Below, in pieces: positions 1 through 12,661 of a stretch of 64,000 nucleotides of DNA. The stretch comes from Paramecium tetraurelia. Lineage: Eukaryota. The number at the start of each line of letters is the position of its first letter. The stretch's first letter is position 1. Under the pieces are notes generated by a model. That model was not told where the DNA came from. It saw only the letters and a list, made by a program, of their open reading frames with translations, and ran no database searches. The translations under genes and the position numbers were made by a program. The stretch lies in assembly GCA_000165425.1 (NCBI GenBank), contig CT868263.1, positions 124,001 through 188,000 of the forward strand, given 5' to 3'.

Positions 1-140
1 AACATTTCTCCAGTTCGCTTATGCATAGCCAAATAGACCTTAGCATCATGTCCTGAACCTAATGGAGGATTTGGGTTCACTAAGAAATTAGCTTAAAAGT
101 CTTGTTGAGTGAAGACTATAATATTTTTTTCTTGTTTCAT
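1..140 (-). CDS. 5' end of a Ser/Thr protein kinase (runs off the window)
   Basis: Code-6 translation MKQEKNIIVFTQQDFQANFLVNPNPPLGSGHDAKVYLAMHKRTGEM..., a glycine-loop-like LGSGxxxKV followed by the beta-2/beta-3 pattern. Confidence 0.7.
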
Positions 141-203
141 CTAATATATATTATTTATTATTTAAATCAAGTTAATAGCATAAATATTACATGATAATAC
201 AAT

Positions 204-1898
204 TCAAATATTACATTAACAGAGATTAAAAGATATCTATGGATTTGTTTGTAATACTATCATTTATTGATTTTGAGCATTCTAAATATATTTTTGGTTA
301 TGCAATTATTCAATACTTATTTTTTTATTCAATTGAGGAACGGTTTATATTTTCTCATCCGTTTCCAGAATCATTTTTTTACTTGAATTAATTGTGAATA
401 ATTCATCATTGTGGATCATTTACAAACATTTTTTGAATTCTTCAAACTAAATTTCACCATCATCATTTTCATCAAACACACTTATTATAGTTTCAATGTC
501 TTCTAATTATAATTGATTATTTAGGTCTATTTTCTTTAATAATGCAAATAACTCTTGCTTATCTAATGCATTGTTGTTTGAAGTATCATATTTTCGAAAT
601 AATTACCTTGGACTCATATTGTACTATTATATTAAATTTGATAACTCTTATAATATTATCATATGTTTTTTTTGCAAAGACCTTTAAAGCTTTGCTTTTT
701 TTGGTGGTGAAGGATATAAATATTGTTTGAATTCTTCGAAATCAACATATCCATTTCCATCTTTATCAAATTCATCAAAAATGTATTTCACATCATCATC
801 ATTGAAGCTATTGTCAAGATATTAGATGAAGCACTTGAATTCATCCAAATTTAACTATTGATCTCCAGATGTATCTACCTTCTAAAATATTTGAGTCAAA
901 GTATCAACATTTGGAATTTTCTATTTCAGATAATTTTAAATGTAAAATAATTTCTTTTAACAATTGGTTCGTTGCATCTAGAATTTTATAAAATATTCGC
1001 TTATATATGGATGACGATATAACGTATCCCAAGAAAACCTGTTTTCTTCCTTTATTTATAGACAATTCAAAATAAAGTCCTTACATAACTCATTCACAAT
1101 AGGCTAATCCGGGAACTTCAAGTTTTAATGAACTATATTGTAAAGGAGTTCACTTTCAGACCTACCTAACCATGGAGCTTAAACATACTAGATAGTACTT
1201 ACTTTTTTGATATATTATTTGATATAACATTAATCCTATACTCCAAATATCACTTTTGCTCGTGTATTATTGACCATTCAATATTTGAGGACTCATATAA
1301 TATGGAGTTCCAACTTTACTCTCCATTATTTGGTTTTTATAATTACTGATCTGTCTAGCAAAACCAAAATCGCCTAATTTAAATATTTTCCTATTGTTCT
1401 CTATATGAACCAATATATTCGCTGGTTTAAGATCTCGATGCATGATTCCTTACTTTATTAGTGTAGTGAACGCAGTCAAAATGTCGATTAAAAATTGAAA
1501 ATGGTCCTCATGTGTTATCTAATGAGTTTTATAAATTAATGATTCCAAATCACCATGATTGCAATATTCTAAAATTATATAATAATTATTCTCTGTTTGT
1601 AGAACGTCAATGATCTCAATTATATTCGGATTCTTTAGACTCTTTAAAATTTAAATTTCATTTAAAAGTTATTTTTCATCATCTACATTTGATTACATAC
1701 ATTACCCACATCCTTCATATCACTTTTTCTAACGAGCTTTATGGCTACATTTTATCGAGTGTGAATGTTCATTCCTTTATAGACAGTTCCATAAGCGCCT
1801 TTGCCTAATTTTCCTTTTTTAAAATTGTATCTATATGATTCAATTTATTTTTCATCAGTCTTGAGTTTACCCAAAGGAGGCTAATTCATTATTTGCAT
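204..1898 (-). CDS. Ser/Thr kinase (ULK/ATG1-like catalytic domain) with C-terminal EF-hands
   Basis: LGKGAYGTV, VAIK, HRDLKPANIL, GDFGFAR, VGTPYYMSPQIL; EF loops DTSGDQQLNLDEF, DKDGNGYVDFEEF, DENDDGEIQFEEF; short introns; TGA at 204-206. Confidence 0.88.
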
Positions 1899-2242
1899 GC
1901 TTATTAATTATAAAATAATGTAATTAATAATAGGTAACAAAAATCAAAAATATATATTATAATTTATGATATTATTGTTCATCATAATCCCTGTTAATTC
2001 ATAATAATAGATTGCAATAATAAGACTTATATAATATATTCTCGTCATCATTACAACAACTATACAAAACTACTCGACTTTAAGAGTTCTGGTAAACACT
2101 TCCTTACAATTACATAATTTTAGTTTAACTATCTACTTCTCAAGAGATTTAACTAATGTATTCACATAATTCTTTCTTTCTAAAATCATTTTTTTAATGA
2201 TAAAAATATATTAATACAATTTTTATTTCTTCTACATAATTT

Positions 2243-4234
2243 ATGAAGAGACAAAGATCACAGTCATGGGAACCTTAAAGTTTTGAAAATAGCGAATTAA
2301 TGCGTTAGCAATCAGAAAGGCCAATTAATGATCAAAATGTATGAAAAAATCAGATATAGAGCATATTTTCTATGATTGTGAATCATAATTTAATAAAGGA
2401 TATTTCAATTATTGATACGTACAAGGAGGTTGATAACATATCGATGCACAAAAAGCATTTTGTTAATTACGTAATAAAAATTAAGACCGATTACTTTGAT
2501 TATACAGTAGCGAAAAGATATTCAGAATTTGAAAAACTTTATGATTAGGTAAATTTAATGAATGTTATTTTAGATTTCGAATATTTTACACAAACTGCCT
2601 AAATTTCCAGAAAAGAAGTTAATTAAATCGAATTCAAAAAAAAATATTGCCGAAAGAAGAGAAATGTTAGAATGTAATTCTATAATCAAATCTTATACTA
2701 GAGCTACTGAAATACATTTTAAGAAATCTAAACAATCAAATGCACTACTTTTTAAACTTTTTAAATATATAATGTGAGCTATATTTATTTATGTAGAACA
2801 ATTTTTAAAAGGAGGATTTGGTTAAAATGTGAGACTTCATGAAATGAGCAAAGATGAATTTGGATTAAGTGACCTAAAAGAAGAAACTAAACTAGTAGCT
2901 TCTAATGAATAAGAAAAAATGGTTTTTCATTATATAGCAAAATTAAATGAAAGAAATGATGAAAGAAGCAAAACCTTTTAGTATTTTTATATTCATTAAA
3001 CAGAAAAATGGAAAAATACTTTTTTGGAAAAACACAACACTTGGGATCATAAGTCTTAAAATTTATGTTGATTGGTGATGACCAAAGACAAAAAGGAGTT
3101 ATTGAATTATTAAAAAACACTTCAAAAGATTTTCAATCACATATATCTTGTGTTAGTGGAATGCAATTCTTAAGAAAAATGTTAGAATATGACTATAATC
3201 CCTGTAATAAATAGAGTTATGTATTTAGATGCTGATTTCTTTTTAAAAGTATTTGCTGAAGTAAGTATTAAACAACTTAAAAAAATGGGTGTTTCATTCC
3301 ATGTCTGTGGAACCAACAAATAACTTTGCAAATAGGATACTCTACTCCTTATTTATAAATATGTTAAAGTGAATGATTTAAAACCAGAATTCATATCCTT
3401 TTTAGTATTATTAGCATGAGTAATTTAGTTAGAAGATTAGGAAACATTAACTGAATTCCAGCAATTTAAAGAGGCTTACCAACAAAAAAAGGAAGAAGGC
3501 TTTTAAATCATAATGGACAGCGCAGAAAACCTGCAGAAGGAAACTAACCCTATAAAATCAAATTCAAAGGAAAAACTCAGTATTCTAGATTAAGAACCAT
3601 CGATAGAGTAATTGAAGGAAATTGAAAGTAACCAAAGTATAATTTGGAAATAAGTGCAAGGTTTTTATTGGGTCAATATTAGAATTTGATAATCATCGAA
3701 TTTAACATGTTTAAGGTCAGATTGTTAAGACTGTACATCCCCTTAAATGTAGTTTAAATAGGGCAATTGAATTATTAACTACATAAAAACATAAGTGGGT
3801 CGAAACAATGATTGTGAGATAGATTATAAAACAAATAGAGAATAATAAATAAATAGTTGCAGAGACCTACTTATGGTAAGATAAACAACTCTTTAAAAAA
3901 GTAGTCTTCTTTTCTGAAGAAACCTTGATCCTTAATGTATTCTATTATTATTACTTAAGGATGATAATTTCGAAATTTAAATGAGGCCTGTTTTTGATTA
4001 TCAATCTTATGAACAATATCAAAAGTGCGACGAAAAAAGTATAAAACATCAAATAATAAAGGTTAAAAATTATAAGTGACTTATGGAGTCTACAAGAATA
4101 ATATCACAACCGTAACAATAATCTAAAATTTGTTTGATAAAGTATAACAACTTCAATATACTCCTGTGCTTTTAAAAGAAGTAGATTACTTTGAAAAAAC
4201 AGTTCAATAGCTAAAACTTTTATAAACTGAGTGA
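2243..4234 (+). CDS. PX-domain protein with helical middle region and possible START-like C-terminus
   Basis: FVNYVIKIKTDYFDYTVAKRYSEFEKLY...LPKFPEKK (PX signature); several 21-25 nt introns; 3' end depends on the last intron call (4079 or 4234). Confidence 0.72.
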
Positions 4235-4379
4235 ATATTTATTATAATAAATAACATCATAATAATCTTCTCATCTAAAGTTTCTTAGCATATTAAATTT
4301 GCTCTTGCACTTCATCACTTGGTTTAAAGCTAAACAAAAATATTCGAAGTTCCTTTATAAATAATTAAAATAAAATAAA

Positions 4380-4962
4380 ATGATTATCAATACTAAAGAG
4401 CCATTCGTAATTGTTAAAAATTATAGACAACGTTAATAAGAAGCGAAAAAGGAATAAGCAAAATCAAAGTCAATACCTAAACCAAAGGAACTATCAAAAA
4501 AGATTGTGAAACCTAAAAAGGTTAATTAAACACAATAACCCACCCCACCAGTGTAACCAATTGGCTAAAAGTTAGATCCAACTCTCTTTTCTCAACTTTT
4601 TTAATAACATTAACAACAATAACTATTGTTTTAATAATTTATCCAAAATACTTAAATCAATTAAATCACTTTGTAAGATGATGATTTAGATTAATATTCT
4701 CCTGTATATTTGTATGGTATTCCAAAAACTCCTTAAAATATAGCCATATCAAGAGGTTCAACTAGAGATGATGATGACTTCAAAATTTGATTATTTTACA
4801 TTCATTTAGTTTAAATTAACTATTTGTTATAATTTTAAGTTAAATCCAAATGATTTTTTATTAGATGAAAGATATTTTAACAAATAAGAATTCCTTAAAT
4901 AAAACTTAATCTCTCTAAGAGATTTAGTAATTTAAAATCTAATTATTTTATAGTTTAATTGA
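4380..4962 (+). CDS. Hypothetical Gln/Pro/Lys-rich protein
   Basis: ATG 4380, open code-6 frame MIINTKEPF...; stops at 4790 unless an intron extends it to TGA 4962. Confidence 0.5.
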
Positions 4963-5405
4963 ATGCATTATTAAAAAATAATGATAAACTTTGCTAATAT
5001 TTTAGTTTGTTTATGTAAATTAGTATATATTTCAAGTTATTCAGAAATAACTTTGATTTCAATTTTATATTCCTTCAAAATAATGATTGAATATTAAAAA
5101 GATAAGGAGACCTTAATAAATTATCTAAGAATTGAATTGAAATTATTGAGTTATAGTCATTAGATATATATTCTTTTTTATTTAAATTTACATTTCAGTA
5201 ATTTAATATAGATTTATAATAAAGTATAAAATTCTAAATTATAGCATCATAATATTAAGATTTAAATACTTAGATTCTTTTTATAAAGGTTTCATTCTTC
5301 ATAACTTATTGTATTTCATATCCATAAAATGAAATGCAAAAAGGATGAGATGTATATTAGATTTCAAATTAAATCATATTTTTAATATATATTAACAAGA
5401 AATAA

Positions 5406-6434
5406 ATGCAAAATAATAATTTTAGAAGACCTTATTTTTCTGTTCATAACACCCCATAAACATCTGGAATAACAAAAAGGTCTAGAATTGTAATTAAAAA
5501 AAATAACATAAAATTGAAGAATATTAATGTGCCTAAATTAGAAAGAAGACTTAGTGTTCCTCATAATATGAAATTTTTTTAGAGGATATATGTTCCTATA
5601 CAAATGTTGAGAACTCAATAACACTAACCTAGTATTAAAGATTCCATATCTCCTTCAAGACTATCAAAAATAAGAACTGGGAGAAATACATTAAAATTTT
5701 CTGAACACATTTCTAATGAACAAAGCCCATCCGTTGTTGTTAAAAACCAAAAAGTTGAAGATTAAGTGAAAGAAGTTTAGAAAAGAAAAAGTTGTGATTG
5801 TTCTGAATGTGGTAAGCAATCATTATTCTAAAGGGACACCATGAATTATGGTGTTTAAATAAATCATATAGTGAAAGAGCAGGAGTCTGCGATTAACAAA
5901 TTTAAAAGAACAATACGAAAGCAACAAACTCTGTTATTCCCTTAATTTCTCAATACTCCAAAAAATAGTGCAAGCAACGAAAATATTGTAGAAGAGATCT
6001 AGATTCATAGAGATGAAATAATGATTAAATCATTCGCTCACAGACCAACTTTAAGTAGCTTAGTCTTTGAGGAATAAGCATCTATGAATAAATAGTCGCC
6101 TATTAATTCATAGAGAAGAACTAAACATAGCTATATTGAATCCTTTTTATTGAAGCAGCAAAAGCTAATAAATAAAGAAAAATAGTAATTCTCTAGATAA
6201 ACAGGATTATTTGAATCTTTACATAAAAAGAGCAATTTTTCCAATAGAAATACTTAAATGCATACTCCAACAATACTAACTCCTAGATCTCCTGCTTCAT
6301 CATTCGTTACAGGGTTTCCGTCGTAATCACCTGTGAAAAGAAATAATTAAATTAACGTTTATTTGTAGCCTCAAAAGTCAAAATTCTTTAAAAACTAAAA
6401 TAGAATTACGACTCTCCCTGAGGTGCAGTAATGA
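5406..6434 (+). CDS. Hypothetical intronless protein with a CxCxxCG motif
   Basis: 1029 bp from ATG to TGA (342 aa); contains RKSCDCSECGKQ; Ser/Arg-rich. Confidence 0.72.
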
Positions 6435-6615
6435 ACGTTATTAATGATGAAAGATTTTGTGTTTTGTTTATCCTAGATATATTATTGATTTTGTCTATTA
6501 TAGTATAATTTACTCTACTTAAAGCAAAGAACTTGTTTATTATAAAATATAAAGAATTCATTAATATAATTTATTTTTCAGTCACAGTTAAACTTTGCAT
6601 TTAAACAATACACTT

Positions 6616-9545
6616 TCACTCCGTGTGCAATTAGACTTATTAAAGAGCTTTGTTAAATTTCTTTTTGCAACTATCTGGAATCCAAGTTGTGAAAAATTTA
6701 AATATATCATCTGATGTCCAACTATCTTAAACTAATTCTCCTTAATCTACTATTATAATTCTAATTTTAATATGAATTGTTACCTATATGAATCTATATA
6801 CATGACTGCCAGAATATTAAACATGAATGTATAAAATAAGAAATAAAAGATTATCATAAACACAGTTCCTAGAGTAATATCGAATTGATAAAAGGAATAT
6901 TAATCCTAACAATCAGTTAAGATCAATAATAAAGAAGTCAAGGCTCTGGTGAAAGTGCTGAAAGCAACATTATATTGGCCATACAGACTCATAGAAATCA
7001 TTGTGTATCCAACTAAGACAAAAGCCAAAATGAACAAACTTGCAAATATCATTAAATAATATTGCTCTATTGCACTAAGGGCTGCTTCAAATGATCTTAA
7101 GAAGTTAAATAGTAAAAATATTCTTAAAATCGTAAAACACAATCCAATTGTATTTGTAAACAAGGCAGAAGAATGGTGAGCTGCAAGATCTCCTAAGTCA
7201 ACAAAATCCTCTTTCATAAATAATTCAGCTGCATCATAATTCATTTTATCCTACTAAAAGATTAAATCACAACTTTTAAAAGTGATATAAATTATTAAGC
7301 AGTTCAAAACAAATGTAATTGAAATAAAATATTTTAATCCTTTAACTTTTGAATCTGTTAAATATGTTTTTATTTTTATTAATTAGAAAAATAAAAAGAA
7401 AATACCTACAAAAACTTTAGCTATTGTAATTAAATAAATTATTAATCCAACTTCAAAATCGATAGGATTTTGCGGACTTTCAAGAGACTGTTATGCAATT
7501 ACAGAATACGGTGCTGATAATCCCCTTCCAGCTAAATTTAAATTAAATGGAATGATCAATGGAATATTTGGTATCAAAGCACTGTTGGTATATTCAATCA
7601 AAAACTCTAAAAATATAAAAGACCCGTCATTTCTACTCCGCACAGTCATGGTTAGAATTTATGCATTCAATCCCTCAACTAAATAATCTGGATGATTAAA
7701 TAACTCTTGTATCACTTTATTTTTATATTGCAAGAGAGTTTAGTCTGATTTTTTCAGATCCAAAATATATCCTGATGAATCATAATCATCGAAAGTTCCT
7801 TTAGAAATTCTGGGAATTCCTAATTCGCTGGTAGCTTGATATGACATCCATTGTTTTGAACCGTCCCCTATTTGATCCGTTTATCTAGAAGATGACGTTA
7901 CTTAGGTATAAACACAGGAGATTTAGCTTCTCCTATCATTTCTCCGAGGGTATTGACAATCAGCCGGTTTAGTTCTTATTTATCTGATTCTAATAGCACC
8001 AATAATATCAAAGGATTGCCGAAAATTCGACTCCGGAACCATAAGCTCGTAAGGTATGCCAGATACATTGCAATAGTAATTATAGATATCTTCAATTTTA
8101 GATATGTCTCTATATGACCCTGCTTCACCAATACTTCCAACTTTTAATAATGATTAGAGTCTTCTATAATTTGTTTAAGCATAAGGACCGTCTTCTAAAT
8201 AGTAAAGGGCTAAGTAATTTAACACAAACAGCGCTGCCAATATCAGAATAACACAAAAGTTATTATCATCACAAGTCATACCTTTTTTATCTTATTTAAT
8301 TTCTTTATCTATCATAACTCCTCGAGATTCAATATCCTTTTTGTCAATCATAAACATTTTTCTTAGTAAAGGAAACCTTTTAAAAAATGTAGCAAATTTT
8401 TTATATAGTTTTATTTTTAATCTTCTTTTTTCTTCATCTTAATCAGGATCATTTTCATCATCATCGTCATCATCGTCTTCTTCTAATTAATTATACTATT
8501 ATTAATTTGATTAGTCATCACCAGCCACCTTAGATTGTTAATTAGATTATTAATTTGTTTAAGTGCCTATTTATGAACTTTACCCACCATGACTAACTCC
8601 ATAACTTTTAACTTAACTCATACCTTGACTTTTACCGTCATTTTGAATTTTACCTCCAGCTTTTTTATGTGATTATTTATTTTTTTTTTTTCTCAACACA
8701 ACACATAATGTATTCTTATTTGGATTAGCGATTTATTCATTTAAAAATCTTTCAATTAAATTTGTATTTTAAACTGGCTCTAAATCATCTGTCACTATTT
8801 CAAATCTATTTGCTATTCTTTTTATATCACTCTCAGATTATCTACTTGATTAAGAGTTGTTCAATCCTGATATTGCAACTTAGCCATTGGCTTCACTAAC
8901 TTTAGATTATTCTCCTCCTTCCTACTGGATTTCACTTTGTAAACCATTAGACTTTTGATTATTTTCCATATAATTAGTAGTTACTTTTGTTTCGACTAAA
9001 CCCCAAAAACGAAGAGCAGCTTATTTTAAACTTTCGAAAGTTTCTAATTTTGTATATCGAAATGTTTGAGTCACATAATCTGGATCATCTCCTGGAACTC
9101 CAAATTCTTACTTATCTTTTGGCAAGCAAGATTTCAAACATTTTACTTATATTGCACAAGTTGGTGGTGGAGCTTGATATTGATTATCATCATCCTTTAT
9201 TTCAGCCTATTCTTGTTCCTAATTAATACAATCCTCTATATATCTAAAATATTTATCAGTGTGATAACTAAATTTCTCTAATACTGATTTTTCCAGCATT
9301 TTTGACACTTATTAACCTTGCGGTTTTTTCTCCTAATATTCATCATCATGATATCCACTTGTGACATATTTACCTAATAGTTCAAAGTCTTTTGTCTTCT
9401 AAGTCAATTCTTTTTCTAAAAAGTTATTTCTTAATTCCTTTTATGTCAATTATTCCTCCATCTCTTCTTTCTTGCTTTTTAGTTTTAATATCTTTGCTTT
9501 TAATTATGTTATCTTTTTCTCATTATCCATAACATCATCTGCCAT
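6616..9545 (-). CDS. Polycystin-2 (TRPP/PKD2)-like cation channel, paralog A
   Basis: N-terminal coiled coil; TOP-domain motif IIGAIRIRQIRTKPADC...GTFDDYDSSGY; TM/pore region YGQYNVAFSTFTRALTSLLLILTD...MFNILAVMYIDSYR; alternative start at 9530. Confidence 0.85.
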
Positions 9546-9570
9546 TTGAAAATGTAATTAATATAATAAA
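9546..9570. promoter_or_regulatory. 25-bp AT-rich spacer between two divergent ATGs; putative shared bidirectional promoter
   Basis: TTGAAAATGTAATTAATATAATAAA lies between the minus-strand ATG (9545) and the plus-strand ATG (9571). Confidence 0.55.
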
Positions 9571-12381
9571 ATGAGAAAACGAAAATAAGAGAAATAAATT
9601 GATTAACAAATTGATCAATATCAAATTTTGAAACAGAAAATATTTGCATGTCAAGCAAAAATCTTGGAATTGGAGGAATAAATTGAAATGAAAGAAAAAA
9701 GAAATAAATTTATAGATGACGAACTCAGGTTGAAAATGAGAGATCTGAATAATGTTGAAAAAATTTTTGAAATTAATAAGGAGCTTGAAATAAACGAAAT
9801 TAAATCGCAGAATAATGAATAAAAATCTAACTCCTCTACTACTATTTATAAGTAAATGTGTTATAATTTTATTATTAGTATGTAACAACATTAGAAAGCC
9901 CTAAATTAGCAGTAATTTCTATATAAATAAAAAATTTCTTAGGAGTATTACTCAAATTTTATGGAAAAGTATTTTTAATATTTTGACAGTTGTATTGGGC
10001 AAGAACTTATTTAAGAGAAAGAAATAGAAAATGATAATGAGAAAATATATATTTCTCCAATGGCTAAATTTCATGCTATTTAAATACAATGTTTTGTTAA
10101 ATTGTTGGATCCTGAGTTGCGTACTAAGGTAAATTAGAGGACAGCAGATAATTAAGATTATGTTACGGTTACTTTTAGATATTCAAAATCGGATACTTTT
10201 GATAATTTAAAGCTTGTTTGTCTTTAATATTGGAATATAATTGAGCTTGATCATTTATATGCACCCGATACTTTTAATTTAAATTAGAATTAATATCAGA
10301 CTAAAATGAGAAAATATGAATTTTTAGCTCCTGATTTCACTAAAATATCAAATACAGAGTTAGTTGAAAGATATTGTGAAAATTTTGAGCAGAAATTTGC
10401 AAAGGAAAAATATGTTAATGCTATTCTTAAAAAAAAGGTTATAAAATTATAAGGGTATTAAGAAAAAGGAGAATATAATGCTTAAATAAATGAATCCTAA
10501 GCAGCAAGCTAATTTGTAAGTAGAACTTTCAACAATCAAACCCTTATGAATTACACCATTTAAGCTGAGGATAGTTAATTAGCCAATTAATATTTATAAA
10601 ATTCAATTTCGGGTGATTTAAGTCTAGATGATGCAAATTTTGCAATTAGCAATATGATATTGAAAATGAAATAATCTTTGACAAAAAGTTATTATAGCTT
10701 TACTTAACGATTTCCATTACTCTAAAAAATGTTTTAAATTGATACGTTTGAATTGGATCTTCGAGACTAAAAAAATATCAAAAGAAAAGGTTTAAAAATT
10801 GATGACTATAACATTTTGGTAGTTTTATTGATTTTAATCCTATTGTTATTAAATTGCATTCAATATTCTCTCGTTCCAAATTAAGCTGTAATTTAGAGCC
10901 ATATTAACTAAATAGAATCTGTACTTAAATTAGGTAAAAATTAAGAATTTATAAATATCTCTACATTAGATGGTATTTTTACTTATTTTAATGACTTAAG
11001 TAAATTTCCCTTTTATCTATGTAATTAAAAATCTCAATTCAATTTGTACTATGATTTAATTGGAGCAGTTAGATTTAGAAATATAAAAGTTAAAGAAAAA
11101 CAATGCTTGTTTTCAGTTAGATCTGACATATCAAGTAGATTGAAATGCTTTTATGAATAATAAAATATCAATACAATTGAAACAAGAATACTGTCTTAAG
11201 GGGACAAGGACTGGATGTAGTTTAAATCAAAAAATGATATTACTATTTCAAGAGTAACGAGAGGAAAGTTTGGTGAATACGATTAAACTGGTTACATTAA
11301 AGATTTAACAAAATCAAAATAAACAATGCAGCAGTATAGAAAAGAAATCACATATGAAATGTTCCAAAATAAAGAATATCTTAATATAAATACTTTGGCT
11401 CTTATTATCACTTTTACTATTAAAAGTAAGTTAGACTCAAGCTTTTTTTTTATTGAATTACTTTGTGAAAACACAAATCTTGGAATTCACCCAAGCTCCC
11501 CTAAAATTAAATATTTTCGATTACCCAACTTTGACAAAATAGAAGATGAAATTAAAATATTATCATATTTCAAGCTATTTTTTTCAATCTGCTTTTTGAT
11601 ATACATGGTATTTGTGATTATAACCTTTAGCAAGGAAATTCAAAGTATCAAATCTAATTAAACAAAATTCAAAAATATTTTCTCATACTTTATATCCCTT
11701 ATTTTCCTTATGAATTTAATAGTTTTGTACACAAATTTTGTTAGTATCTCATAAGCCTTTAAATTACTGTCCGTAGAATAAATTCCCAAAAAGATGATTG
11801 AACTTGAGGATTTCGAAGACTATGGAAACCTTGCAGAAACATATTAAACTTACTTTTACTTTTTAGGCTTGTCAGTGGCTGCACTCATATTTCGAAGTAT
11901 GTTATTTTTAGGAGTTTTTGAAAGTATGCTTAATTTAATAGAATCTATTTAATTCTCATATCTTTAGATTATGATCAGTTTTAAAATATTAATCCTAATA
12001 CTTTTAAGTTTTTGTATGATTATGAGGTCCTTATAAGGACCTTACTCGTCAGAGTTTAGTTCCTTTGATACAGCTTTTACATCTTTACTCTAAATGGTTA
12101 TGAACACTTATGATGTTCAGAAATTATTAGAGAATAATTAATTATCAACAACATTTTTTTTGATCACTTTTTATTTTTTGCTAACTTACTTTACTTTTAA
12201 TATGATAATTGTTGTTTATATTGATTCTTATAGGTAAGGAAATTGAATATTTAGACAAATTAAATTGAGAAGCAATTAAAAAATCGATAGTACTTTGAGC
12301 AGTCTGTAGTATGGAATACTGTGGCTATTTTATTGGTTTCCAAAATCAGTTTAAGATAAGATTTTGATTTAGTATTTTTGA
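9571..12381 (+). CDS. Polycystin-2 (TRPP/PKD2)-like cation channel, paralog B
   Basis: LIGAVRFRNIKVKEKQC...GKFGEYDQTGY; pore region IGPYSSEFSSFDTAFTSLLQMVMN...FNMIIVVYIDSYR; same intron position after IDSY-R as paralog A. Confidence 0.85.
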
Positions 12382-12661
12382 ATTTATTTCTATTTAAAAT
12401 TTATACCTATGAAGTTCAATTAACAATTATATACATAAGCAATTAATTGATTGGTTAGGCTAGGCTGGCTAGTAATTAAAATACATTGTTTTTTTGAGTA
12501 AATTGTGTCTTTATAGAAAATAAGAGTTTATATCCAACTCATTTAAAACTTTTGGAAATGAGAAAAGAATATTCTAAACTTAAGAAAAGAGAAATCTATA
12601 AAAGAAAAATTAATAATATGTAAAATTGACTTGTCTTACTAATTTATTATTTATATTATTC

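Noticed and set aside
6440..6540. ATGATGA resembling a snoRNA C box in an intergenic gap
   Set aside because: No downstream CTGA D box or terminal stem; expected by chance in AT-rich DNA
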